DNA of 64,000 nt, taken from the NCBI GenBank assembly GCA_963664115.2, contig CAXWPJ010000002.1, forward strand, positions 384,001-448,000, given 5' to 3'. This DNA is from Terriglobia bacterium (GTDB lineage: Bacteria > Acidobacteriota > Terriglobia > 20CM-2-55-15). Numbering within the stretch: the stretch's first letter is position 1; the number at the start of each line of letters is the position of its first letter. Positions 1 through 8,803 of this stretch are shown here, in pieces. The notes under the pieces were generated by a model. The model saw only the letters and a program-made list of their open reading frames with translations. It did no database searches and was not told the origin of the DNA. A program made the translations under genes and the position numbers.

Positions 1-24
1 ACCAGGACTTTCAAGGGGGAATCG

Positions 25-426
25 ATGAAGAAGTTACTGACAGTTTTCGGATTAGTTATGGGCCTCTCAATAGCCGCCGGACCGCTCGCGGCGCATCACG
101 GCCGTGGCGACGCATATGACATGCAGAACCCGATCACATTAGCAGGCACCGTAACGGAAGTCCGGTGGGCCAATCCCCATGTGGTCGTCTTCATGGATGT
201 GGAAGGCGACAACGGTGAAGTCGTCAACTGGGGCTTTGAAAACAGCAATGTAAGTACCCTGGCCAGGCAGGGCTACAACAGACGTACACTGCGCGTCGGC
301 CAGAAAATTACAGCCGAAGTGAACCCCTCGCGTCAGGGCGCCCCGGTGGGGATCGTGGTGGCGGTGATTCTCGAAGACGGCACGGAAATCATGTCCCGCA
401 GGCGGGGTGAAAATCCCGTCGACTAG
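25..426 (+). CDS. DUF6152-like exported OB-fold protein (paralogue 1)
   Basis: Signal peptide ending LAA|HH; motifs WANPH, W-x-x-E and V-x-V-x-P; SD-like AAGGGGG upstream. Confidence 0.8.
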   Translation: MKKLLTVFGLVMGLSIAAGPLAAHHGRGDAYDMQNPITLAGTVTEVRWANPHVVVFMDVEGDNGEVVNWGFENSNVSTLARQGYNRRTLRVGQKITAEVNPSRQGAPVGIVVAVILEDGTEIMSRRRGENPVD

Positions 427-485
427 TTTTCCAGTCGAGAATATCCAACACGCGAATCTGAAGAATTGGGTTAGGAGATTCAGGA

Positions 486-1340
486 ATGAGATCGCATCTC
501 GTCGTTTGGGCAACTTCCCTGCTGGCGGCATGTTTTTTGTCATGGACAGGCCTCGCAGGGGCGGCTCAGGGGCCGACCGCATTTGATCCACAGGATCTCT
601 CCGGATTCTGGCATATTACGGATGGTCATCGCACGATCAGTGCAGATGTCCCTCCTATGACACCTGCGGGCGAAGCACAGCTCGATACCAGCAGACCGAC
701 GCGTGGACGCTTTGCAGGTGAACCGCTTAACGGAGAACACCGTGGATTTGTCCGTGCCGTTAGGCGGCCCGGGGACGGGAACGATCCCACCCACCAATGC
801 AATCCGAATGGCTTTCCCCGACTCATCCTCGATCCTGAACCCGTTGAATTCATTCAGTTTGAGGACCGTTTGGTGCAACTGTTCCAGTGGGAACACACCT
901 TGCGCGAAATCTGGACGGACGGTCGTGACGTACCTTCCGGTGAGAACCTCGATTTTCTTGGACCCGCATGGTATGGACACTCAGTGGGCGAATGGCAGGG
1001 AGATACATTTGTCGTTCAAACAGTCGGTCTTGATGACAGAACGTGGATGGATATATTCGGTTTTCAGAAAAGCATTGACGCGCGCTTTGAGGAACGCTAC
1101 CGGAGGACCGCCGTTGACACCATAGAGTATGAAATGACGCTCTTTGACCCCACGTTCTACACCACCCCCTGGGTATCGGACACGAAAGTCTTCAGCCGAA
1201 TCCCGCGCGACCAGCTGACTTATTATGGATGGTTCGGCTTGTTCGGAGGAATAACGGAGGCGACTTGCGCACCGATGAACGAAGTCGACAACTTCAACAG
1301 CAGAGTTCGTGATCCGGCAAGCTTCGGAGTTGGAAATTGA
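486..1340 (+). CDS. Uncharacterised secreted two-Cys protein (DUF6152 partner family, paralogue 1)
   Basis: Signal peptide; motifs DLSGFW, NDP..C.P.GFPR, GHSVGEWQGDT and C-terminal TCAP; AGGAG upstream. Confidence 0.8.
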   Translation: MRSHLVVWATSLLAACFLSWTGLAGAAQGPTAFDPQDLSGFWHITDGHRTISADVPPMTPAGEAQLDTSRPTRGRFAGEPLNGEHRGFVRAVRRPGDGNDPTHQCNPNGFPRLILDPEPVEFIQFEDRLVQLFQWEHTLREIWTDGRDVPSGENLDFLGPAWYGHSVGEWQGDTFVVQTVGLDDRTWMDIFGFQKSIDARFEERYRRTAVDTIEYEMTLFDPTFYTTPWVSDTKVFSRIPRDQLTYYGWFGLFGGITEATCAPMNEVDNFNSRVRDPASFGVGN

Positions 1341-1459
1341 TTTAAGAACGGGGCTTCGATTGGTGCCGGGATAGCTCCGTGCCCCCAAACGCGCAGGGCA
1401 AGTTCAAGAACTCGCATCCGTCCATCTTTACATTCTTCGGCCTTTACTTTCTTCGGCGG

Positions 1460-2296
1460 TTACGTGTCCGCAGACTTCTCACGGCAGTACAGCCGGTCAA
1501 GCACCCACGGCCCCCCACCAACCGCGGATAGATACAGAAACACGAAGCAAAAAAGAATCACGTCTTCGCCCAGATTGAGTATGGGCCAGAACGTTCGGGG
1601 CTGATGGCTATAGAAGTAAGCGATGGCCATCTCCCCGGAAAACATGAATGCCAGCGGCCGGGTCACCAGTCCCAGCAAGAAGAACGGGGCAGCGAAGACC
1701 TCAATCAGATGGCCATATGTCTGGAACCGTGAGTAGTCCGGACCTCCGAAGGGCTCTTCTCCAGCCGGCCACGGCCAGCCGATCATGTCCTCAGTTCCAT
1801 GAGGGATGAACACTAAGACAATAGCGATCCTCAACACGCTCAGGAGTTGAGGTTCCCAGTTGGTAAGGTAGCCGACCGGTTCTCCAACACCTCGCCACTT
1901 CGCATCCAGACTCCAGGGGCCACCCCCGGCGGCCGCCAGATAAAGAAAGATGAAACCATACAAAAACCACAGGTCGCCACCGTTGAAGTTCGGCAAAATG
2001 TGTTCGCTGGCGTGATTCACGAGGTAGACCAGGGCCATTTCACACGAAAGGATGAAAGCGACCGGTCGCGTAAAGACCCCGACAAGCACAGCCAGGCCAC
2101 CAAAGGTTTCGAGAATTCCAGTCAGCCCCGCCCACGAAAACAGCTCGAATGCGGCGAGATCGTCGGCCATCGGATAACCCAGCAGTTTCTGAGTTCCATG
2201 CGCCATGAAAAGGAACGCGGTGATGATCCTCAAAAGACTCAGAAAATACGGACGCCAACCGACGAGCAGTTTGTCCAATTTCTCAAGATTTGACAT
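1460..2296 (-). CDS. Tandem (double-domain) DoxX-family membrane protein
   Basis: Two copies of LRI..x(7)..HG and TRP.AF..S.EMA..Y and FLYL...GGGPW.LD; start moved to ATG 2296. Confidence 0.85.
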   Translation of the reverse strand: MSNLEKLDKLLVGWRPYFLSLLRIITAFLFMAHGTQKLLGYPMADDLAAFELFSWAGLTGILETFGGLAVLVGVFTRPVAFILSCEMALVYLVNHASEHILPNFNGGDLWFLYGFIFLYLAAAGGGPWSLDAKWRGVGEPVGYLTNWEPQLLSVLRIAIVLVFIPHGTEDMIGWPWPAGEEPFGGPDYSRFQTYGHLIEVFAAPFFLLGLVTRPLAFMFSGEMAIAYFYSHQPRTFWPILNLGEDVILFCFVFLYLSAVGGGPWVLDRLYCREKSADT

Positions 2297-2568
2297 GATG
2301 AAAACGGACCATAACACAGCGTCCCCCAGCCGGCAGTGCATTTCCGACGCAAGAACTTTGGGACTGAAGTTGTCAGGAGATTTATTGACGGATCGAAGGA
2401 GCGCAAAGCGCCAGTCAAGGCCCAACCCGGGGCAAAGAATTGATTTGACAAGCTCAATCCGGGCCATCTAACATCCTCGTATCACTGTATGATGGCACGC
2501 GACCGTGGTTGTGTGCGGAGAGCGAAGGCGAGCCGAGCTTTGACATCAGATTCCAGAAGGAGACTTAT

Positions 2569-3000
2569 ATGAAACGCATTTTGACACCATTGCTGGTCGC
2601 TACTGTCGTGATGGTTGCGACTAGCACCGGCAATCTCTTCGCCGCCCATCACGGGAGGGGCGAGACCTACATATCGGGCATGACAAAAGAAATTCAGGGC
2701 ACCGTAAAAGAGGTGCTGTGGCGTAATCCTCACGTCGCAATCCTGATCGACGTGACCGATGAGACTGGTGAGGTGACGACCTGGACGATCGAACACAGCA
2801 ACGTCAGCACCTTGGCCAGACTGGGCTACGGCCGGCTAACCCTGAAACCCGGAATGGACGTGACAGCCGTCATCTTTCCGGGAACCATGGACCGTCCGAT
2901 CGGGCTTTGCAGCAGGATTATTCTTGAAGACGGCACGCAGGTCTTCATGCGCGGTGGAAACGACTCCGACCGCTACAATCCGCTTACAGACTTCGATTAG
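2569..3000 (+). CDS. DUF6152-like exported protein (paralogue 2)
   Basis: AAGGAG SD before ATG 2569; FAA|HHGRG, WRNPH, WTIEHSNVSTLAR; clearly paralogous to 25..426. Confidence 0.8.
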   Translation: MKRILTPLLVATVVMVATSTGNLFAAHHGRGETYISGMTKEIQGTVKEVLWRNPHVAILIDVTDETGEVTTWTIEHSNVSTLARLGYGRLTLKPGMDVTAVIFPGTMDRPIGLCSRIILEDGTQVFMRGGNDSDRYNPLTDFD

Positions 3001-3062
3001 ACGCGTGCTGCATCGAAAGTCGAAGTGCGAAACTCTAGCTTAAGTAAGGTGAGGAATTCCTA

Positions 3063-3953
3063 ATGCGAAATCGTTTCATAAGTTCAGTAGTTGCTTTAGT
3101 CGTGCTCTCGTTCGCCTTCACGACGGTCGCCGAAATCGCGGCGGCCGCTGCGCAACGTCCCATCCTGTATCCGATCAATGGTAAGCCCCGGGAGTATTTC
3201 GAACTCGTAGACTACGACACAACATATAACCCGCGTGACTTCTCAGGAATCTGGTTCCGGGTCGGCGGGGCGCGGGGTCACGGCCCCGAATTGCAGCACC
3301 CGGATTTGACGCCGGAAGGTTGGGAGCGAATGAAGACGCATCATCCTTCCCGAACCTACCTGCCGGACGTCGTACCGGCAACCACGGATCCGACCGCTGC
3401 CAACTATCCCGCTCTGACGTGCAATCCTAAGGGTTTTCCATCGATCGTCGTCGACGATAACCATGATCATCACGAAGTTGTTCAGCTACCGACACGGATT
3501 CTGCAGCTCTGGCAAGAGGAACGCATGCCGCGCGAGATCTGGTTGGACGGACGCGCACTCCCTGCGGGCGATGACTACGGGAACATCGGGGTGTCCTGGA
3601 TGGGGATGTCGGTGGGCCACTGGGAGGGCAACACGCTTGTCGTCGAGACTATAGGCCTCGATAACCGGGCGTGGCTCGATACCTTTGCTTTTCCGAAAAG
3701 CGACGAGTCACGGGTCGTAGAGCGGTACACGCTCACCGACCCCGAGACCCTGGAGCTGGAACAAATCCTGTATGACCCGGTCTACTACACCGAGCCCTGG
3801 ATTTCGGACATCAAGGTCTGGAGAAAAGAGGCCCGAGACGCCCGCCCGGTAAACAATTTTGGCTGGTACGGCTTGTTTTCGGGAATCAACGACCTGTTGT
3901 GTGCGCCGATGAATGGGGGCGGGCGAGCCTCCAACCCTTACGGCGGTGATTAA
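3063..3953 (+). CDS. Uncharacterised secreted two-Cys protein (paralogue 2)
   Basis: DFSGIW, TCNPKGFP, GMSVGHWEGNTLVV, LCAP; GAGG SD. Confidence 0.8.
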   Translation: MRNRFISSVVALVVLSFAFTTVAEIAAAAAQRPILYPINGKPREYFELVDYDTTYNPRDFSGIWFRVGGARGHGPELQHPDLTPEGWERMKTHHPSRTYLPDVVPATTDPTAANYPALTCNPKGFPSIVVDDNHDHHEVVQLPTRILQLWQEERMPREIWLDGRALPAGDDYGNIGVSWMGMSVGHWEGNTLVVETIGLDNRAWLDTFAFPKSDESRVVERYTLTDPETLELEQILYDPVYYTEPWISDIKVWRKEARDARPVNNFGWYGLFSGINDLLCAPMNGGGRASNPYGGD

Positions 3954-3991
3954 GTTTCAGCAGGCACACTGTCAGATTCAAAGATGCTATT

Positions 3992-4014
3992 AAAAGGGGG
4001 CCGCGCCGGCCCCC
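3992..4014. terminator. GC hairpin after the DUF6152/partner pair
   Basis: GGGGCCG-cgc-CGGCCCC with AAAA on the 5' side. Confidence 0.45.
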
Positions 4015-4081
4015 AATACCAAGCACCAGCATCTCTCTAAATGTTTTCTGATGACAACAATAGTTTCAAGGAGTCAGTAGT

Positions 4082-4987
4082 ATGGAGCAACAGAAAGTGG
4101 AAAGGATGAAGGCGACAGACTTCCCGAAGGAAGTTCTGAGCCTATATGACCGCTACGTCCATGGCATGATCGACCGGCGGGCATTTCTGGATGGGGCTTC
4201 GAAGTTCACCCTGGGTGGGCTGACTGCGGCGGGGATGCTGACGGCGTTGAGCCCGAATTATGCCCATGCCCAGCAGGTCGCCCCCGACGATCCGAGCATC
4301 CGAACCGAGTACGTCACTGTCCAATCACCGGACGGTCATGGAATTATCCGCAGCTACTTAGCACGACCGGCCAGAGTGACGGCCAAACTGCCCGGCGTCC
4401 TTGTGGTCCATGAAAACCGTGGCCTCAATCCATACATCGAAGATGTGGCGCGGCGGCTCGCAGCCGCGAACTTCGTCGCACTCGCTCCCGACGGTCTGAC
4501 CTCTCTGGGGGGTTACCCGGGAACTGACGAGGTCGGGGTCGAAATGCAGCGTACACTGGACCGCGATATGTTGCTTCAGGACTTTATTTCGGGCGTAAGA
4601 TTTGTCCGGGAGCATTCCGAATGCAACGGCAAGGTGGGCGCAGTAGGCTTCTGCTTCGGCGGAGGCATCGTCAACCAACTGGCGGTCAAGGTGCCGTATC
4701 TGGTTGCCGGCGTGCCTTACTACGGTGGCCAGCCAACGGCGGACGACACCCGCAGGATCCAGGCGACTCTCATGATTAACTATGCGAGCATGGACGAGCG
4801 CATTAACGCGGGTTGGCCAGCCTATGAAGCCGCTTTGAATGCCAACGGCAAAGACTTCACCATGCATATGTACGACAACACCATGCACGGCTTCCACAAC
4901 GACACCACGCCCCGCTATGATGAAGCCGCGGCCAACCTCTCCTGGAACCGGACCCTCGCGTTCTTTAACGAGAACCTGCGTTCCTAG
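4082..4987 (+). CDS. Dienelactone hydrolase family protein (YghX-like, Tat-type leader)
   Basis: YDRYVHGMIDRRAFL leader, HENRGL, GFCFGG nucleophile, DERIN, HGFHND. Confidence 0.9.
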   Translation: MEQQKVERMKATDFPKEVLSLYDRYVHGMIDRRAFLDGASKFTLGGLTAAGMLTALSPNYAHAQQVAPDDPSIRTEYVTVQSPDGHGIIRSYLARPARVTAKLPGVLVVHENRGLNPYIEDVARRLAAANFVALAPDGLTSLGGYPGTDEVGVEMQRTLDRDMLLQDFISGVRFVREHSECNGKVGAVGFCFGGGIVNQLAVKVPYLVAGVPYYGGQPTADDTRRIQATLMINYASMDERINAGWPAYEAALNANGKDFTMHMYDNTMHGFHNDTTPRYDEAAANLSWNRTLAFFNENLRS

Positions 4988-5005
4988 CCAATCTGCACTT
5001 CTCCT

Positions 5006-5100
5006 GAGGTCGCCTGTATTAAATCCAGGCGACCTCGCACAGAAATCCTCCCCCGGGCCCTCTTGGGACAAATCCCCGCCCCCAGCAGGACATGGGGCGG
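5006..5100. terminator. Two hairpins between convergent genes
   Basis: Perfect 11-bp stem GAGGTCGCCTG/CAGGCGACCTC (5006-5036) and CCGCCCC/GGGGCGG (5076-5100). Confidence 0.55.
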
Positions 5101-5101
5101 A

Positions 5102-6253
5102 CTACTCAAGGCTGTTGGGCTCTTCGGCGGGCGCTGGCCTGCGGAACCTCGCATCATCAATCTGGACGTTCGGCTCAATCTCGGTCAGCCGGATGATGGA
5201 CTCTCCGTTGGTCCACCGCAGGTCTAACTGGAACGGCATCTGGACTCCGGAAACATCGCGATAGTCCGAGTAGTTGAACTCGGTGGGAATCGTACCCACG
5301 GCTGTTTCAGTCCAACGAACGAAGCGGACCAGGAGGCCGGATTCGTCAAAGTACAGATTGACAGGAAGCTCTCCGGGATTGGTTCCCTGAACGACCAGGA
5401 CTTCGACATCGTCGATCCCTGTGTAGTTAACACGCCAGGATCTGAACGCTGCCTGAACCTGCGTGGGGAAAGCCAGAAGCGCTTCCAGTCTGGAGCCGTC
5501 CAGATTCCCCCCTGTTAACCGCATCAATGGCACCGGCCTGTCCGCGGATGAGATCCAGGCCTCACTGCCGTCGTAGGTCTTGACGCTGTTGCCGTAGAAA
5601 CCCTCGATGATCGTGGCATAACGGTCGGGCGCTCTCGCATACAATTCCACGGGAACTTCCGCGAAATCTGTGTCATAACCCGCGTAACTCCCCTTGGCGA
5701 CGTAGCTGGTGATGTCGTTCACTGCTGCCTCACCACCGAGGGCTTCGATGTAGGCGTCAAAAACTTCGTCTATTGAAGGCGTCCCGAAGCCCGGAAAAAC
5801 GTCATATGCATTGGGATCTTCGGGAGGCGTGCCGTACTGCACGCTGAGGCTGGCCACGGCTTTGGGCGTTTCGTCACCGCGATGGCAGGTAAAGCAGGTC
5901 ACATTGCGCACGCCACCAAAGTTGTCCCTGTTGATGGCGTTCACCATCGCGATCATACTGCGCGTCGTCCGCTTCTTCGGAGTCTCCTCTCCGAAACCGG
6001 CCCAGGTGTCCATGCTGTTCGCAGTATGACAGTCTGTGCAGTTCAAGTTCAGGGCGTTGGAAAACATACCCATCGTGTCCATGAATTCGTCCACCGGGAT
6101 GTCACCGAGAGCCGGAACGTTGATGAAAACATCCTCCGCCAGCTGCGGGTTATCTTCGGTCCCGACCTGAGCGTTCAGCAGTGTCGTTCCCAGCAGGCAC
6201 AGGACGACGGGCGCCACAGCGCCGACAATCGTCCGTTTCCATTTGAAATTCAT
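5102..6253 (-). CDS. Diheme c-type cytochrome (PufC-like N-domain) fused to a LolA-like/beta-rich C-domain
   Basis: Signal peptide; CTDCH and CFTCH, each preceded by a Met-containing helix (FMDTM, RSMIAM); C-terminal YSDYRDVSGVQMPF...EPNVQIDDARF; AAGGGAG SD before ATG 6253. Confidence 0.8.
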   Translation of the reverse strand: MNFKWKRTIVGAVAPVVLCLLGTTLLNAQVGTEDNPQLAEDVFINVPALGDIPVDEFMDTMGMFSNALNLNCTDCHTANSMDTWAGFGEETPKKRTTRSMIAMVNAINRDNFGGVRNVTCFTCHRGDETPKAVASLSVQYGTPPEDPNAYDVFPGFGTPSIDEVFDAYIEALGGEAAVNDITSYVAKGSYAGYDTDFAEVPVELYARAPDRYATIIEGFYGNSVKTYDGSEAWISSADRPVPLMRLTGGNLDGSRLEALLAFPTQVQAAFRSWRVNYTGIDDVEVLVVQGTNPGELPVNLYFDESGLLVRFVRWTETAVGTIPTEFNYSDYRDVSGVQMPFQLDLRWTNGESIIRLTEIEPNVQIDDARFRRPAPAEEPNSLE

Positions 6254-6466
6254 GTATTCTCCCTTCGTTGCGGTACGCAAAGCGTAAGGAACCGTCCCCG
6301 GAACGAGGCAGGTGTCCGTTGCCGGCACTTCATTCAACCGCTATATGTTATGTATTTCGATTTTCTTAAAGCTGAGCTGACAAGCAGTATACGCTGGCAC
6401 GCATCTCCAATCGCGCGTGCGCCCGGTTAAATCAACCGAAGCGAACGCGACCGTTGCCAAAGGCGG

Positions 6467-7381
6467 CTACCTCAGGTGGTCATCGAAAAAGCTGATCGTT
6501 CGTTGCCACGCGAGGTCCGCGGCGGCTTTGTTGTAGCGAGGGCCATCCGTATCGTTGTTGAAGGCGTGTTGCGCGCCCTCGTAAATATGCGCCGTGTAGT
6601 TCGTTCCGGCCGCATCGAGAGCGGTCTCGTAGGCCGGCCATCCCGCAATGAGGCGTTCGTCCAATCCCCCATACTGGAGCATCAAGGGAGTTTTGATCTT
6701 CGGAACGTCAGCGGCATCGGGTTGACCGCCATAGTAAGACACCGCGGCCTCAAGATCCGGCATCCGTACCGCCAGGGTGTTCACCATGCCTCCACCCCAA
6801 CAGAAGCCCATGATGCCAACCCTACCTGTCGTCAGCATATGTGTTCTCAAGAAATTCACGGCCGCAATGAAGTCCTGGATTCTCTGCTCGGGGTCAAGCT
6901 GAGCCATCAGCGCCTGAGCCGCAGCGCGTTCACCCGGATGTCCACCGAGAGGCGATAGGGCATCCGGCGCAAAGGCGATGAAATTCTCCAGAGCCACGCG
7001 TCGGGCGATGTCTTCGTGGTGTGCGTAGAGCCCCTGACCACCATGGATACACACAACACCGGGCAAGGGGCCCGAAGCGTTGGCCGGCCGTACCAGGTAG
7101 CCGCCCATGCCCTCGTGGCCCTCGGGGGAAGGATAGTGGACATACTCGACCTGAATTCGGGGGTCCTCCGGGGCGATCAATTGGCCCAGAGCATAGTTCG
7201 GAGTAAAAGCGTCAAGTATCGCGGCAGCGGTCAGACCACCGAGCGCAAGCTTCCCTACGCCGCTCATGAACTCGCGCCGATCGATGAAGCCGTGGACGTA
7301 ACGATCGACAAAACCCATGACCTCCGGAGAGAGATCGTCCGCTTTCAGTCCCGTAGGACTCCGCTTAACTTCACTTGCCAT
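6467..7381 (-). CDS. Dienelactone hydrolase family protein (second YghX-like paralogue)
   Basis: DRYVHGFIDRREFM leader, GFCWGG, DERL, HAFNND; AGGAGG SD. Confidence 0.9.
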   Translation of the reverse strand: MASEVKRSPTGLKADDLSPEVMGFVDRYVHGFIDRREFMSGVGKLALGGLTAAAILDAFTPNYALGQLIAPEDPRIQVEYVHYPSPEGHEGMGGYLVRPANASGPLPGVVCIHGGQGLYAHHEDIARRVALENFIAFAPDALSPLGGHPGERAAAQALMAQLDPEQRIQDFIAAVNFLRTHMLTTGRVGIMGFCWGGGMVNTLAVRMPDLEAAVSYYGGQPDAADVPKIKTPLMLQYGGLDERLIAGWPAYETALDAAGTNYTAHIYEGAQHAFNNDTDGPRYNKAAADLAWQRTISFFDDHLR

Positions 7382-7621
7382 AAAAGCCTCCTGACCGCCT
7401 TTCGGCGACGCCCGTATTTCTCTTGAACCTCAACGCGGAGAGTACCACCGTTTCAACGATTATTGTATTCGCTTGTGATACCCATCGACCCGGGAAGCAA
7501 CCGTCGTCATGTCCGGTCGAAACCCTTGGATCTGAGTAAATTCTGCAGGCAGGAAATATCTTTGACAGGCACTGATGGGCCCTGTAGAGTTCATGGCCAC
7601 GAGTCTGACGGAGGTATTTTT

Positions 7622-8797
7622 ATGAAGTGTCCATTCTCACATTTGCGTTATTTCCTAACCCCGTTCCTTGCCCTCACCATCCTTGCATTCACCACCGCGT
7701 GCTCTCGGGCTGAGGCTCCCGAACTGGAGAGTCCGCCAGAAGAAGTGGGAGCGCTGGCGTTCGACACCACGCACTATCCGATTCGCCTTGTCACCATCGC
7801 CGAGGGCCTGTCGTTTCCCTATACTCTCGCGTTTCTGCCCGACGGTGACATTCTCGTGACCCTGATGAATGGCGAGGTGCGCATCATTCGCGATGGCGTG
7901 CTTGCGCCGGATCCAGTCGGCGTCGTACCCGATGTGCATTACCTCCCCGGGAGTGGAGGCCTGATGGACATCGCGCTCCATCCCGATTTCTCAGAAAACA
8001 ACCTGATCTATTTCACCTACAACAAGCCCGGTGAAGGGGGTTCCACCAACGCTCTCGCCCGCGGTACTTTCGACGGCACAGAATTGACCAACGTCACGGA
8101 TGTCTTCGTGTCCGACGCATGGGGCATGCGCGACGGGAACCTTAGCTCACGCATGGCCTTCGCTCCGGATTCCACCGTGTATATGGCCGTGAGTCACCAC
8201 GGCTTGCAGGATCGCGCACAAGAGCCCGGAGATCATTTGGGCAAGGTTCTGCGTCTCAACGACGAGGGATCCGCGCCAGAAGACAATCCGTTTGTGGGCC
8301 GGGCCGGATACCGCCCTGAGATCTTCACGTTTGGACATCGCAACCTTCACGGTGTCGCGATTCACCCCGAAACAGGCGAGCCCTGGACTCAGGAACACGG
8401 GGACGAGGTCAATCGCATCACGGCCGGTGCCAATTATGGCTGGCCCTACCTTGGCGTTGGCGGTGCCGGTGGTGGCCAGCCAATCGGCAACCCGCCTTCG
8501 GATGTCGAGTTCACAGCACCCTATATCGCAATGAGTACAGCTATGGGAACCCATGGCTTGATGTTCTATTCCGGCGACAGGTTTCCGGAATGGCAGGGCA
8601 ACATTTTCATCGGCGGCAGTCGCTCGCTGGGAATCCGACGATTCGAACTCGGCGAAGACGGGCCGGGCATCAGCGAAGATCTGTTCACAGACTTTCAGGA
8701 GATCCGGGACGTCCGCCAGGGACCGGACGGATTGATCTATTTCATTACGAATGGTGAAGCGGGTACCGTCATGCGAATCGAACCCGTCCAGAACTAA
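7622..8797 (+). CDS. PQQ-dependent sugar/sorbosone dehydrogenase-like lipoprotein (beta-propeller)
   Basis: GGAGG SD; lipobox TTAC; GGLMDIALHPDF, GKVLRLN..G..P.DNPF, GHRN, GANYGWP, IRDVRQGPDG. Confidence 0.85.
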   Translation: MKCPFSHLRYFLTPFLALTILAFTTACSRAEAPELESPPEEVGALAFDTTHYPIRLVTIAEGLSFPYTLAFLPDGDILVTLMNGEVRIIRDGVLAPDPVGVVPDVHYLPGSGGLMDIALHPDFSENNLIYFTYNKPGEGGSTNALARGTFDGTELTNVTDVFVSDAWGMRDGNLSSRMAFAPDSTVYMAVSHHGLQDRAQEPGDHLGKVLRLNDEGSAPEDNPFVGRAGYRPEIFTFGHRNLHGVAIHPETGEPWTQEHGDEVNRITAGANYGWPYLGVGGAGGGQPIGNPPSDVEFTAPYIAMSTAMGTHGLMFYSGDRFPEWQGNIFIGGSRSLGIRRFELGEDGPGISEDLFTDFQEIRDVRQGPDGLIYFITNGEAGTVMRIEPVQN

Positions 8798-8803
8798 GGG
8801 AGC

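Noticed and set aside
5102-6253. Evidence of phototrophy from the PufC-like cytochrome
   Set aside because: Only two hemes and no reaction-centre or bacteriochlorophyll genes in the window
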